Of a stretch of 39,742 bases of DNA, positions 19,305 through 29,562 are shown piece after piece. This DNA is from Rhizobiaceae bacterium (lineage in GTDB: Bacteria; Pseudomonadota; Alphaproteobacteria; Rhizobiales; Rhizobiaceae), in assembly GCA_036479095.1 (NCBI GenBank), contig JAZGFF010000029.1, forward strand, positions 1-39,742. Direction: 5' to 3'. The first letter of the stretch is position 1. Every line of letters starts with the position of its first letter. The notes beneath the pieces were generated by a model. It was not told the origin of the DNA, did not search any database, and saw only the letters and a program-made list of their open reading frames with translations. The position numbers and the translations under genes were made by a program.

Positions 19305-19679
19305 ATGAAGGAAATTGAATTAAAGGCGGGTAAGCGCACACGAGTTTTACGAACCGTAAGCGGTAGCTTGGCAATGCGGTACCGTTTTCAAGCGACACCA
19401 ACCAATAAGGACGATACCTTATCGGGGACAATCGAAATTAGAGGTTCCAATTGGATATTCCCACGAAAACCCACAACCCAAAAGCTTGCGGCGAAGAATA
19501 TGATCAATAAACGGGCTTGGGATTCGTTCTACAGTATTTTTGTAATCGCTGATTGTGATGTAAAAATCACCTTTCAGCGATCAAAGTTGAATTTTAAAAA
19601 CCTGCTTTACCCCGCACTTTTTGCCATTCTCATGGTGATGATCGCAATGATCTGGACATTAAAAACCCGAGGTCTTTAA
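19305..19679 (+). CDS. Hypothetical protein with a C-terminal transmembrane anchor
   Basis: 124-aa ORF that fills the hrcA-grpE gap, preceded by a purine-rich GCGGGGCGAA. Hydrophobic tail LLYPALFAILMVMIAMIWTL followed by KTRGL. Confidence 0.7.
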   Translation: MKEIELKAGKRTRVLRTVSGSLAMRYRFQATPTNKDDTLSGTIEIRGSNWIFPRKPTTQKLAAKNMINKRAWDSFYSIFVIADCDVKITFQRSKLNFKNLLYPALFAILMVMIAMIWTLKTRGL

Positions 19680-19689
19680 TGAGTAGGCT

Positions 19690-19718
19690 CTTGATTTTTT
19701 TATTTGAAAGGCCGATAT
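19690..19718 (+). promoter_or_regulatory. RpoH (sigma32)-type promoter of grpE
   Basis: CTTGAT-N16-CCGATAT versus the alphaproteobacterial consensus CTTGAA-N15/16-CCTATAT. Confidence 0.65.
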
Positions 19719-19765
19719 GCGGTGCTGCAAAACAATCCATAACTACCACAGGCGATAGGTAAATT

Positions 19766-20524
19766 ATGCAAGGACATAGCTCAGAAGACGAATTATTTGA
19801 CGACGTTGAAGCGGAAGAAGCGCGTCTTGAAGAACAAGAACAGGCAGATATGGAAGCGGCTGAGGCAGAAGAGGCGGTAAATCCCAAGCCTGCAGCTGAT
19901 CCAAATGATCCAGCACAAATTCTCATTGTGCTGGATAAGCTGAAATCCGAGAACGCAGAGCTGAAAGACCGCACCCTTCGTGCGGTTGCTGAAATGGAGA
20001 ACCTGCGTAAACGCACCGCCCGGGAAATCAATGATGCGCGCTCCTATGCGGTTGCAAATTTTGCCCGTGATCTGCTCGCTGTTGGCGATAATCTACAACG
20101 GGCCATTCAAGCGGTGTCTGAAGAGAAGCGCCAATCAGGTTCCGATGATTTTAAGGCGCTGTTTGAAGGGGTAGAATTGACCGAGCGCGAATTATTAAAA
20201 GCGCTTACCAACGCCGGCGTCACAAAATTCGACCCGACGGGCGAGAAGTTTGATCCAAATTTTCATCAAGCGATGTTTGAGTTGCCGAATCCAGAATTAC
20301 CAAACAATTCAGTTGCCCAGGTCGTTCAAGAGGGCTTTAAAATTGGGGATCGGGTGTTACGCCCAGCCATGGTGGGCATTGCTAAGGGCGGCCCAAAATT
20401 TGAAGACGTGGTGAAAGAGGAACCGCAACTTGAGGCAGTTGCCGATGCTGAGCCTGAAGCAGCCGAGGTGATCACAGAAGAAATGCTAAACCCAGATACA
20501 CCCGAGACAGACGATACTGTATAG
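19766..20524 (+). CDS. grpE: Nucleotide exchange factor GrpE
   Basis: [36 protein letters not shown]. Confidence 0.96.
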   Translation: MQGHSSEDELFDDVEAEEARLEEQEQADMEAAEAEEAVNPKPAADPNDPAQILIVLDKLKSENAELKDRTLRAVAEMENLRKRTAREINDARSYAVANFARDLLAVGDNLQRAIQAVSEEKRQSGSDDFKALFEGVELTERELLKALTNAGVTKFDPTGEKFDPNFHQAMFELPNPELPNNSVAQVVQEGFKIGDRVLRPAMVGIAKGGPKFEDVVKEEPQLEAVADAEPEAAEVITEEMLNPDTPETDDTV

Positions 20525-20548
20525 GGCTTAAAATAGCATTGGCCTGAT

Positions 20549-20583
20549 AAAAAAGCGGGGTAGCATTGCTGCCCCGCTTTAAA
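20549..20583. terminator. Bidirectional intrinsic terminator between convergent grpE and coxM-like genes
   Basis: AAAAAAGCGGGGTAGCA-T-TGCTGCCCCGCTTT: GC-rich stem with an A-tract on the left and TTT on the right. Confidence 0.85.
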
Positions 20584-20601
20584 CTTCTAAAGTTTGCGTG
20601 T

Positions 20602-21414
20602 TTAACTTACCGCAGCAACAGCCCGTTTGGCCATGACCATCACTAGGTTGGCACGGTAGGCGGAGGAGCCGTGGATGTCGGAAAGCATGTCATCGGCATC
20701 TACTTTGCAAACCCCTAAAGCATCAGCGCTGAAGGATTTTTTCAACGCTTTTTCCATATCCTTTGCCCGGTAAACACCGCCAGAGGAAGCGCCGGTTACG
20801 CCAACACGAATATCGCGCTTTGTTTTTGTACCCCCATGATCAGCGACAAATACTCCGGCCATTGCATAACGCGATGCAGGGTTCGGGAATTTCGCATAGG
20901 CAGCTTTTTTGGGCGCAGTGAAGGTGACAGCTTTAATGAACTCATCTTCTTTTAGGGCAGTCTCAAACAAATCGACAAAAAACCGATCTGCTTTAATTTT
21001 GCGCTTGTTGGTCACAATAGTTGCGTTCAACGCAATCATTGCAGCCGGGTAATCAGCAGCCGGGTCATTGTTGGCCACAGAGCCGCCAATGGTACCGCGA
21101 TTGCGCACATGAGGGTCACCAATATGAGATGCAAGCGCACATAAGGAAGGGCAGACCTTCATGATTTTAGCATTCGTGGCAACGTCTGCATGGGTTGCGG
21201 CGGCACCAATGGTCACATTTTTACGAGAGACTTTAATGTCTCCCATGCCCTTGATATGGGTTAGATCGATGAGATCGGATGGGGCAGCAAGCCGTTGCTT
21301 CATGGTTGGAAGCAAGGTCATGCCACCGGCGAGATATTTGCCATCATCAGCAGCACGCAGTTTCTTCGCTGCATCATTTGCGTCTTTGGCGCGACTGTAA
21401 GTTGTTTCATACAT
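20602..21414 (-). CDS. coxM: Mo-hydroxylase FAD-binding medium subunit (form II CoxM-like)
   Basis: LAGGMTLLPTMKQRLA, VRNRGTIGGSVANNDPAADYP, DIHGSSAYR. Confidence 0.88.
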   Translation of the reverse strand: MYETTYSRAKDANDAAKKLRAADDGKYLAGGMTLLPTMKQRLAAPSDLIDLTHIKGMGDIKVSRKNVTIGAAATHADVATNAKIMKVCPSLCALASHIGDPHVRNRGTIGGSVANNDPAADYPAAMIALNATIVTNKRKIKADRFFVDLFETALKEDEFIKAVTFTAPKKAAYAKFPNPASRYAMAGVFVADHGGTKTKRDIRVGVTGASSGGVYRAKDMEKALKKSFSADALGVCKVDADDMLSDIHGSSAYRANLVMVMAKRAVAAVS

Positions 21415-21426
21415 AAATCTGGTTCC

Positions 21427-23775
21427 TTATTTCGCAGCTTGAATTGCGGCCCACACATTTTGCGGGCTAGCAGGCATGGTGAGATCATTATTGCCAATAG
21501 CATCGGTAATCGCGTTGATCACAGCCGGTGGCGAACCAATCGCCCCGGCCTCTCCACAACCTTTAATGCCTAGCGGATTACTTGGGGTTTTGGTTTCAGT
21601 GGTTGAGACTTGGAAGTTCGGCAGATCATCTGCGCGCGGCATGGTGTAATCCATATAGCTGGCCGAAATCAGTTGCCCTTCATCATCATAGACCACGTTT
21701 TCCAATAGGGCTTGGCCAATCCCCTGAGCAAGGCCGCCGTGCACCTGGCCTTCAACGATCATTGGGTTGATAATTTTACCAAAGTCATCGGCAGCAACAA
21801 ATTGCACGATTGTGGTTTCCCCAGTATCAGGATCAACCTCAACCTCACAAATGTAGCACCCAGCAGGGAAGGTGAAGTTTGTCGGGTCATAAAATGCCCC
21901 TTCCTTCAAACCCGGCTCCATGCCTTCTGGTAAGTTATGCGCCATATAGGCAGCAAGACAGATTTCATGCCAAAGCAGTTTTTTATCAGTACCCTTGACG
22001 GAGACCTCACCATTTTTAATCTCGATATCGCCCTCCGAGGCTTCGAGCAGATGGGCGGCAATTTTTTTGGCTTTGATCTCAACCTTATCAAGGGCTTTTT
22101 CGATTGCTGACATGCCGACAGCACCGGAACGAGAACCATAGGTACCCATGCCGAATTGAACTTTATCAGTATCGCCATGGACAACTTGTATGTTCTCAGC
22201 CGGTAGCCCAAAGCGATCGCTAACCAATTGCGCAAAGGTTGTCTCGTGGCCTTGGCCGTGGCTGTGGGAGCCAGTTAAAACTTCAACGGTGCCAACAGGG
22301 TTGACCCGTACTTCAGCAGATTCCCAAAGGCCAACACCCGCACCAAGCGAACCAACGGCGGCTGAGGGGGCAATGCCACAAGCTTCGATATAGCAACTCA
22401 TCCCGATACCGCGCAATTTGCCCTTGCGCTTAGAGCTTTTGCGCCGCTTTTCAAAGTTGGCATAGTCTGATGCCTTCATCGCCGCATCTAGGGAAACACC
22501 AAAATCGCCGGCATCATAACACATGATAACGGGGGTTTGGTGGGGGAAGGATTTAATGAAATTCTTGCGACGCAATTCTGCTGGATCAACGCCCAATTGG
22601 CGCGCTGCGGTTGTCATCATCCGCTCCATTATATACGTCGCCTCAGGCCGTCCTGCACCACGATAGGCATCCACGGGTACCGTATTGGTATAGACCGTTC
22701 GCACGTTGGCATGGACATTCGGGATATTATATTGCCCCGATAACAATGTGGCATAGAGGTAAGTCGGGGTCGCAGATGAAAACAGCGACATATAGGCACC
22801 AAGGTTAGCAATTGTATCAACCTTCATACCGATTATTTTATTGTTTTTATCGAAAGCCATTTTTGCGGTTGATACATGGTCACGGCCATGGGCGTCGCTC
22901 AAGAAAGCCTCGCTACGACTTGATGTCCACTTTAGCGCTGAGACACCCGCGCGTTTTGCTGCCCAAAGGCAGGCGATTTCTTCTGGGTAGACGTAAATTT
23001 TTGCACCAAACCCACCCCCAACATCAGGGGCGATAACGCGTAATTTATTTTCTGGGGCAACTTGATAAAAGGCGGAAAGAAGCAGCCGAGCCACATGGGG
23101 GTTTTGTGATGTCGTATGCAAAGTGTAGTGGTCTTCGGCCTCATCATATTCTACCAATGCGGCGCGGGTTTCCATCGGGTTAGCCACCAAACGGTTGTTG
23201 CGAATGTCCATTTCAACAATATTGGCGGCTTTCTTAAATGCCGCATCGGTTTCTGCCCCATTGCCAATTTCCCAATCAAAAATGAGATTGTTCTTGGCTT
23301 CTGGGTGAAGCTGAGGAGCCCCTTTTTTCATCGCATCTACTGCACTCACCACGGCGGGGAGAACTTTGTAACTAACCTCTACTGCCTCTGCAGCTGCGAC
23401 GGCTTGGGCTTGGGTTTCGGCAACGACGAGGGCAACCCCATCGCCAACATAGCGCACATACTCTGTTGCCAGTGCCGACCAGGCACCCATATTCATGGGA
23501 GAGCCATCTTTCGAGTGCACCATCCAGCCGCAAATAATGTTGCCGATGCCATCACCGGTTAATTGTTTGCCATCGAGAACCGCAACGACGCCTGCCATTT
23601 TGCTGGCGGCTTTACTGTTGATTTTTTTAATCTTCGCGTGGGCGTGGGGAGAGCGAACGAAGGCGGCGTAATGCGTGCCAGCAACTTTAATATCGTCCGT
23701 GTATTTTCCCTTTCCGGTGAGAAAGCGTTTATCCTCTTTACGCAGTGCTGGTGCACCAATTCCTTGTATACCCAT
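21427..23775 (-). CDS. coxL: Mo-hydroxylase molybdopterin large subunit (form II CoxL-like)
   Basis: RKEDKRFLTGKGKYTDD, DVGGGFGAK, active-site AYRGAGR (form II, not form I AYXCSFR), GQGHETTFAQ, KGCGEAG. Confidence 0.9.
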   Translation of the reverse strand: MGIQGIGAPALRKEDKRFLTGKGKYTDDIKVAGTHYAAFVRSPHAHAKIKKINSKAASKMAGVVAVLDGKQLTGDGIGNIICGWMVHSKDGSPMNMGAWSALATEYVRYVGDGVALVVAETQAQAVAAAEAVEVSYKVLPAVVSAVDAMKKGAPQLHPEAKNNLIFDWEIGNGAETDAAFKKAANIVEMDIRNNRLVANPMETRAALVEYDEAEDHYTLHTTSQNPHVARLLLSAFYQVAPENKLRVIAPDVGGGFGAKIYVYPEEIACLWAAKRAGVSALKWTSSRSEAFLSDAHGRDHVSTAKMAFDKNNKIIGMKVDTIANLGAYMSLFSSATPTYLYATLLSGQYNIPNVHANVRTVYTNTVPVDAYRGAGRPEATYIMERMMTTAARQLGVDPAELRRKNFIKSFPHQTPVIMCYDAGDFGVSLDAAMKASDYANFEKRRKSSKRKGKLRGIGMSCYIEACGIAPSAAVGSLGAGVGLWESAEVRVNPVGTVEVLTGSHSHGQGHETTFAQLVSDRFGLPAENIQVVHGDTDKVQFGMGTYGSRSGAVGMSAIEKALDKVEIKAKKIAAHLLEASEGDIEIKNGEVSVKGTDKKLLWHEICLAAYMAHNLPEGMEPGLKEGAFYDPTNFTFPAGCYICEVEVDPDTGETTIVQFVAADDFGKIINPMIVEGQVHGGLAQGIGQALLENVVYDDEGQLISASYMDYTMPRADDLPNFQVSTTETKTPSNPLGIKGCGEAGAIGSPPAVINAITDAIGNNDLTMPASPQNVWAAIQAAK

Positions 23776-23878
23776 AGTGATATTCTCCTAGGTGAAGAGC
23801 TGATCAGGTCTGTGTTGGAGCTTCTACTGTCTCAACAATCACCAAACCAAGCCGCTCTTATTTATTGGTTGCTCAATT

Positions 23879-24370
23879 TTATTGAGCGGCTTTTTTCATT
23901 CCCTTGCCCATGGCTTTTGCGCCAGCAGCAATTGATTTTACGATGTTGTGGTAGCCAGTGCAGCGGCAAATATTGCCTTCCAATTCTGCACGAATGGTTT
24001 TCTCAGAGAGCTTCGGCCCAAGGCGATTGACCATATCAATTCCAGCCATCACCATGCCCGGGGTGCAAAACCCACATTGCAAACCGTGATTTTTGTGAAA
24101 GGCCTCTTGCATTGGGTGTAATTGCCCATCCGATGCCACCCCTTCTATGGTTTTAATTTCGCAGCCATTGGCTTGAGCGGCTAGCATCGTGCAGCTTTTG
24201 ACAGCTTTGCCATCGACATGAACAACACAAGCGCCACACTGGGAAGTGTCGCAGCCAATATGAGTTCCGGTTAAGTTTCGCTGTTCTCGTAAAAAATCAA
24301 CGAGTAACGTACGGTCTTCAACCGTAGCGCTCGTTTCTTTGCCGTTGATGGTTATTTCAAGATTTGCCAT
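23879..24370 (-). CDS. coxS: Mo-hydroxylase 2Fe-2S small subunit (CoxS-like)
   Basis: [21 protein letters not shown] and NICRCTGY. Confidence 0.92.
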   Translation of the reverse strand: MANLEITINGKETSATVEDRTLLVDFLREQRNLTGTHIGCDTSQCGACVVHVDGKAVKSCTMLAAQANGCEIKTIEGVASDGQLHPMQEAFHKNHGLQCGFCTPGMVMAGIDMVNRLGPKLSEKTIRAELEGNICRCTGYHNIVKSIAAGAKAMGKGMKKAAQ

Positions 24371-24516
24371 TCAATCCTCCCAGATAGGCGCAGGTGTTTC
24401 CTCGTTGATTAAGTCTAGGGTTGATTTAACAATTTAGGCAAGGGGGATTTGGTGAAATTTGAAAAACACTAAGCGCCATCCCATATAGGGGTAAACAAAC
24501 AGGGGTGAAAATTATC

Positions 24517-24828
24517 ATGGCTGAAACAATAACCATCAAGGTGCCACATAAGCATTCTCAGGCCGAGGCTCGCCGGCGAATTGATAAGGGATTTGCAAAG
24601 GTTCAACAGCAAATTACCGGAAATGCCGTCGATGTTTCGCAAACATGGGCTGACGATGTGCTCAGCTTTAAGGCTGGAATGATGGGTCAAAGCATCACGG
24701 GAAAGTTAAATGTTATGGACGATCATGTGTTGATTGAAGTAGATTTGCCTTGGTTACTCGCCAAATTGTCTGGCACGATTACAGACAAAATGAAAAAAGC
24801 AACGCAATTATTGCTCGATAAGAAATGA
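24517..24828 (+). CDS. Polyhydroxyalkanoic acid system (PHA_gran_rgn) family protein
   Basis: ITIKVPHKHSQAEARRRID...W...IEVDLPWLLAKL pattern. ATG at 24517. Confidence 0.75.
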   Translation: MAETITIKVPHKHSQAEARRRIDKGFAKVQQQITGNAVDVSQTWADDVLSFKAGMMGQSITGKLNVMDDHVLIEVDLPWLLAKLSGTITDKMKKATQLLLDKK

Positions 24829-24832
24829 TTTA

Positions 24833-25816
24833 ATGGCAATTTCCCTCACCGCCGTCGAAACTGTTTTTCCCCTTGCTGAGGCCTTCATCATATCCCGCGG
24901 CTCACGCCTTGAAGCACGGGTTGTGACCGTCAAAATTTCAGATGGGGTCAATAGCGGTTGGGGGGAGTGTGTGCCCTATGGTCGTTATCAAGAAACGGTT
25001 GAAGGGGTAATCGACGAGCTGCATGGTTTGAGCTCTGATCTAAAAAATGGTCTTGATCGAAAAGCATTGCAAGCCCGGCTCAAACCAGGAGCGGCACGAA
25101 ATGCTTTGGACTGCGCTTTTTGGGATATGGAGGCAAAGCGAGCAGGCGAGCGCGCGCACGTATTGGCGGGTGTGCCTTTTATGGGGCCAGAAATAACTGC
25201 CTATACCCTCTCGCTTGGTGCTGTAAATTCAATGTTGCAAAAGGCCAAAGAAAACGCCCACCGCCCCCTATTGAAGGTTAAATTGGGGGGGAAGGGAGAT
25301 ATGGCTCGGCTCGAGGCGGTAAGAAAAGGAGCGCCAAACACGGCGCTTATTATTGATGCCAATGAGGGCTGGGATCTTGCAACCTACCAAGAGTTGGCGC
25401 CCGCACTATTGCGCCTAGGGGTGGAAATGGTGGAACAACCTTTTCCAGCTGGAGACGATGATGCTCTGCTTGAAATTGAGCGGATTTTGCCGGTTTGTGC
25501 GGATGAATCTTGCCACGACCGTGCTTCGCTACAAGCGCTCGTCGGTAAATATGACATGGTCAACATCAAGCTCGATAAAACCGGCGGCCTAACGGAAGCT
25601 TTGAAATTACGGCACGAGGCTGAAAAAGCCGGGTTCAAAATCATGGTTGGCTGTATGGTCGGCTCTTCCCTTGGCATGGCTCCGGCAACCCTGGTTGCAC
25701 AAGGCGCAGCGTACACCGATTTGGATGGCCCGCTGTTATTGGCAAAAGATCGACAATCCCCCCTATTTTATGATGAAAAAGGCGTGTATCCACCAAACCC
25801 AAGCCTGTGGGGATAG
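24833..25816 (+). CDS. dgcA: Enolase-superfamily N-acetyl-D-Glu racemase / dipeptide epimerase (DgcA/YcjG-like)
   Basis: FIISRG, GECVPY, GAARNALDCAFWD, KVKLG, DANEGW, EQP, ADES, NIKLDKTGGLTEA, DLDGP. Confidence 0.82.
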   Translation: MAISLTAVETVFPLAEAFIISRGSRLEARVVTVKISDGVNSGWGECVPYGRYQETVEGVIDELHGLSSDLKNGLDRKALQARLKPGAARNALDCAFWDMEAKRAGERAHVLAGVPFMGPEITAYTLSLGAVNSMLQKAKENAHRPLLKVKLGGKGDMARLEAVRKGAPNTALIIDANEGWDLATYQELAPALLRLGVEMVEQPFPAGDDDALLEIERILPVCADESCHDRASLQALVGKYDMVNIKLDKTGGLTEALKLRHEAEKAGFKIMVGCMVGSSLGMAPATLVAQGAAYTDLDGPLLLAKDRQSPLFYDEKGVYPPNPSLWG

Positions 25817-25867
25817 CTCTTAACTTCATGGCGTTATTTACAGATCTGATACCCTAAGGAGAAAACA

Positions 25868-26722
25868 ATGCGAACGGTTTATTTGAATGGTGCGTATTTG
25901 CCGGAAGACCAAGCCAGCGTTTCAATCTTTGATCGTGGCTTCCTATTCGCCGATGGGGTCTATGAGGTCACCACTGTAGTTGCTGGAAAGCTAATAGGTT
26001 TTGCCGGCCACATTGTGCGCTTGCAACGCTCCCTCGATGCACTGCAAATTCCTTACAAAGTCGATAGGGATGAGTTCCTCGCAATCCATCGCCAGTTGAT
26101 TTCTCACAATGATCTTGATGAAGGTATGATCTATTTGCAAATTACGCGGGGCAACCCAAAAGACCGCGATTTCCTTTTCCCCCCCCGCGATACCCCGGTT
26201 ACGATTGTTTTATTCACCCAGAAAAAACAGGTGGTGGGTACTGCAGTTGAGAGCGAGGGTTTGAAAGTTATATCCGTAGAAGATTTACGTTGGGGCCGCC
26301 GTGATATTAAAACCGTGCAATTGCTCTACCCTTCTTTAGCTAAAATGGAAGCCAAAGCGAAGGGCGCAGATGATGCTTGGTTGGTTGAAGATGGTTTTGT
26401 CACCGAAGGCACATCGAATAATACCTATATTGTTAAAAATGGTAAAATCATTACCCGCGATTTATCCCATGACATACTCCACGGCATTACCCGAAAATCA
26501 ATTCTTGCCTGTGCTAAGCTCTTGCAAATGGAAGTCGAAGAGCGCCCCTTCACGATTGAAGAGGCCTATCAAGCTGACGAAGCTTTTGCCACCTCGGCTT
26601 CAGGTTTTACGAATCCGGTTGTTGAAATTGATGGCCATAAAATAGGAAGCGGCAAACCTGGCCCCGTCGGCGATAAATTGCGTGATTTGTATTTAGAAGA
26701 AAACATGAAGCAAGCACTCTAG
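25868..26722 (+). CDS. dat: D-amino-acid transaminase (class IV PLP)
   Basis: DRGFLFADGVYEV, YLQITRG, RWGRRDIKTVQLL, TEGTSNN, ILHGITR; strong RBS TAAGGAG. Confidence 0.9.
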   Translation: MRTVYLNGAYLPEDQASVSIFDRGFLFADGVYEVTTVVAGKLIGFAGHIVRLQRSLDALQIPYKVDRDEFLAIHRQLISHNDLDEGMIYLQITRGNPKDRDFLFPPRDTPVTIVLFTQKKQVVGTAVESEGLKVISVEDLRWGRRDIKTVQLLYPSLAKMEAKAKGADDAWLVEDGFVTEGTSNNTYIVKNGKIITRDLSHDILHGITRKSILACAKLLQMEVEERPFTIEEAYQADEAFATSASGFTNPVVEIDGHKIGSGKPGPVGDKLRDLYLEENMKQAL

Positions 26723-26754
26723 CCAGCCGCCAACTCCTCAAGTAAAAGCTGGCC

Positions 26755-29562
26755 ATGGCAAAGACCGAATTACAACTCGAAGAAATCATTGATGCGACCA
26801 AGCTGCGGCAACAATTGACCGCACTTACAGCGAGCAGTGATGGCAATGGCGATGATTCAAAAATTCGCATGCAGGTGTTGGCGCTTTTAAAAGAAGCCTC
26901 AAAAGCTGGTCGCCAGCAGGCCGAAAAACTATTGTTGGAAGACGGTTCCGGATCAGCATGTGCCTCGCGCATCTCCCATCTTCAAGATGAAATTATTCGG
27001 TGTATTTACGACTTTGCTATCGTCCATGTGTTTCGCGCCGCAAACCTCTCCGCCGGGGAGCGCATGTCAATCACTGCCGTTGGCGGCTATGGGCGCGGCA
27101 CCCTAGCCCCTGGCTCTGATCTCGATTTGTTGTTTTTACTGCCCTATAAGCAAACTGCCTTAGGGGAAAACGTGGTAGAGTACATTCTCTATATGCTATG
27201 GGATATGGGCTATAAAGTTGGGCACGCGACGCGCACAATCAGCCAGTGCATTTCCCTTTCAAAAGAAGATATGACCATCCGCACCTCAATTTTAGAGGCA
27301 CGGTTTGTTTGGGGAGAAAAAGCTCTCTATCAAGAATTGATCGAAAAGTATAAACAGGAACTGATGGAAAAATCGGCTCCAGAGTTTATTTCAGCCAAAC
27401 TTACAGAGCGCGATGTCCGTCACAACAAGGCAGGCAAATCACGGTACTTGGTCGAGCCAAATGTGAAAGATGGCAAAGGCGGTTTGCGCGACTTGCATAC
27501 TTTGTTTTGGATTGCCAAATATTTTTACCAAATCCGCAGTCAAAAAGAATTGCGCAATGCCAAGGTATTCACAGTTTCTGAATTTAATAAATTCAAAAAA
27601 GCCCAAGACTTTCTTTGGGCGATTCGGTGCCACTTACATTTTATTACCAATCGAGCTGAGGAGCGACTATCCTTTGATGTTCAATCCATACTAGCGGAAC
27701 GGCTGGGGTATATATCGCGCCCAGGGCAAAGCGCTGTTGAGCGGTTTATGAAACACTATTTTTTGGTGGCAAAAGATGTCGGTGATTTAACCCGTATTCT
27801 CTGTTCGGCACTGGAGGAGCAAAACGCAAAAAAAGCCCACGGGGTGCAAGGTATCATTCGCTCCATAACCAAGCGATCTAAAAAAATTAAAGGCACGGAT
27901 CAATTTTTAAATGCCAACAACCGGATCACGGTTGTTGATAATGAGGTTTTCAAAAGAGATCCGGTCAAAATTTTACAATTGTTTGAATTAGCTGAAAAGC
28001 ATGACTTGTTGTTTCATCCCGATGTGATGCACCTGTTATCACGCTCCTTAAAATTGATCGATAAAAACCTTCGTCAAAACAAACAAGCCAATGGATCTTT
28101 TTTAGCTGTACTAACCTCTCGCAAAACTCCTGAACAGACTTTGCGCAAGATGAATGAGGCCGGTGTGTTGGGTCGATTTATCCCTGATTTTGGTAAAGTT
28201 GTAGCAATGATGCAGTTCAATATGTATCATCACTATACGGTGGACGAGCACTTGTTGCGCTCCATTGGTATTCTTTCTGAGATCGAACGTGGTGATTTAG
28301 AAGAGCAACATCCCTTGGCCAATGAAATTATGGCCAACACAAAAAACCGTGTGGCACTCTATGTGGCGCTCCTGTTGCATGATGTGGCAAAGGGACGACC
28401 TGAGGATCACTCCATTGCCGGTGCAAGGATGGCGCGTAAGCTCTGCCCTAGATTGGGTCTGGATAAGCAGCAGACCGCGCTTGTTTCATGGTTGATCGAA
28501 CAACATTTATTAATGTCCAACACCGCCCAATCCCGTGATTTGCATGATCCGAAAACCATTTCTGATTTTGCTACGGCGATGCAGACTTTTGAGCGTATGA
28601 AGGCACTGGTGGTGTTAACAGTTTGCGATATTAAGGCGGTCGGGCCCGGGGTTTGGAATGGTTGGAAGGGGCAGCTATTACGAACTCTTTATTATGAAAG
28701 TGAGCCAAGATTAACCGGCGGCTTCACAAAAGCTCCACGCCACGAACGGATTAAGGTGGTCAAACAAGAGCTTTACGATGGGCTTGAAAACTGGCCTCAA
28801 AACCAGCGCGAGCAAATGATTGCACAACATTTTGACAATTATCTCCTTACAGTGCCGCTAGAAGATCAAATCCGACAAATGAATTTTATTCGTCAGTGTG
28901 ATCAAGAAGGGCGCTCTTTTGCAACCACAATCGCAACCCGCGATTTTGAGGCAATCACACAAATCACCCTATTAGCTCCTGATCACCCACGGTTGCTTTC
29001 GACCATTACCGGCTGTTGTGCAGCCGCGGGTGCCAACATCGTCGATGCGCAAATTTTCACGATGAAAGATGGCCGCGCCTTAGATACAATCTTGATCAAC
29101 CGTCTTTATGATCAAGAGGAAGACGAACGTAGAAGAGCCCACAAGATTGGGGATACGATAGAACGGGTGCTGAAGGGCGAAGTTCGATTAACAAAACTTT
29201 TGATAGAAAAGGCGAAACCCAAACGCCGCTCCCAAGCTTTTAAGGTTGTTCCTATCGTGATGATTGATAACTCTTTATCAGAAAAATTTACCGTTATCGA
29301 AGTGGAAAGTTTGGATAGACCGGGTTTACTCTCCGATATAACCGGGGCTTTGGCCGATCTATCTTTAGATACTGCTTCTGCCCACATTGCTACATTTGGG
29401 GAAAAGATGATTGATACTTTTTATGTAAGAGACTTATTAGGTTATAAAATTACCAGCCCACAAAAAATTTCAGCTATAAAACGAAAGCTTTTAGGTGCAA
29501 TTGAGGGGGCCAAGAAACAGAATCCCGCCACCGATAAACCAAACAAGAAGACCAATGCATGA
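26755..29562 (+). CDS. glnD: [Protein-PII] uridylyltransferase
   Basis: GGYGRGTLAPGSDLDL NTase motif, EPNVKDGKGGLRD, HD domain (YHHYTVDEH, LLHDVAKG) and two ACT domains (DHPRLL, DRPGLL). Confidence 0.97.
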   Translation: MAKTELQLEEIIDATKLRQQLTALTASSDGNGDDSKIRMQVLALLKEASKAGRQQAEKLLLEDGSGSACASRISHLQDEIIRCIYDFAIVHVFRAANLSAGERMSITAVGGYGRGTLAPGSDLDLLFLLPYKQTALGENVVEYILYMLWDMGYKVGHATRTISQCISLSKEDMTIRTSILEARFVWGEKALYQELIEKYKQELMEKSAPEFISAKLTERDVRHNKAGKSRYLVEPNVKDGKGGLRDLHTLFWIAKYFYQIRSQKELRNAKVFTVSEFNKFKKAQDFLWAIRCHLHFITNRAEERLSFDVQSILAERLGYISRPGQSAVERFMKHYFLVAKDVGDLTRILCSALEEQNAKKAHGVQGIIRSITKRSKKIKGTDQFLNANNRITVVDNEVFKRDPVKILQLFELAEKHDLLFHPDVMHLLSRSLKLIDKNLRQNKQANGSFLAVLTSRKTPEQTLRKMNEAGVLGRFIPDFGKVVAMMQFNMYHHYTVDEHLLRSIGILSEIERGDLEEQHPLANEIMANTKNRVALYVALLLHDVAKGRPEDHSIAGARMARKLCPRLGLDKQQTALVSWLIEQHLLMSNTAQSRDLHDPKTISDFATAMQTFERMKALVVLTVCDIKAVGPGVWNGWKGQLLRTLYYESEPRLTGGFTKAPRHERIKVVKQELYDGLENWPQNQREQMIAQHFDNYLLTVPLEDQIRQMNFIRQCDQEGRSFATTIATRDFEAITQITLLAPDHPRLLSTITGCCAAAGANIVDAQIFTMKDGRALDTILINRLYDQEEDERRRAHKIGDTIERVLKGEVRLTKLLIEKAKPKRRSQAFKVVPIVMIDNSLSEKFTVIEVESLDRPGLLSDITGALADLSLDTASAHIATFGEKMIDTFYVRDLLGYKITSPQKISAIKRKLLGAIEGAKKQNPATDKPNKKTNA

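Noticed and set aside
18011-19765. CIRCE operator near hrcA or grpE
   Set aside because: No TTAGCACTC-N9-GAGTGCTAA-like inverted repeat seen in the intergenic regions.
21427-23775. True (form I) aerobic CO dehydrogenase
   Set aside because: The active site is AYRGAGR, not AYXCSFR, and the gene order is S-L-M, not M-S-L.
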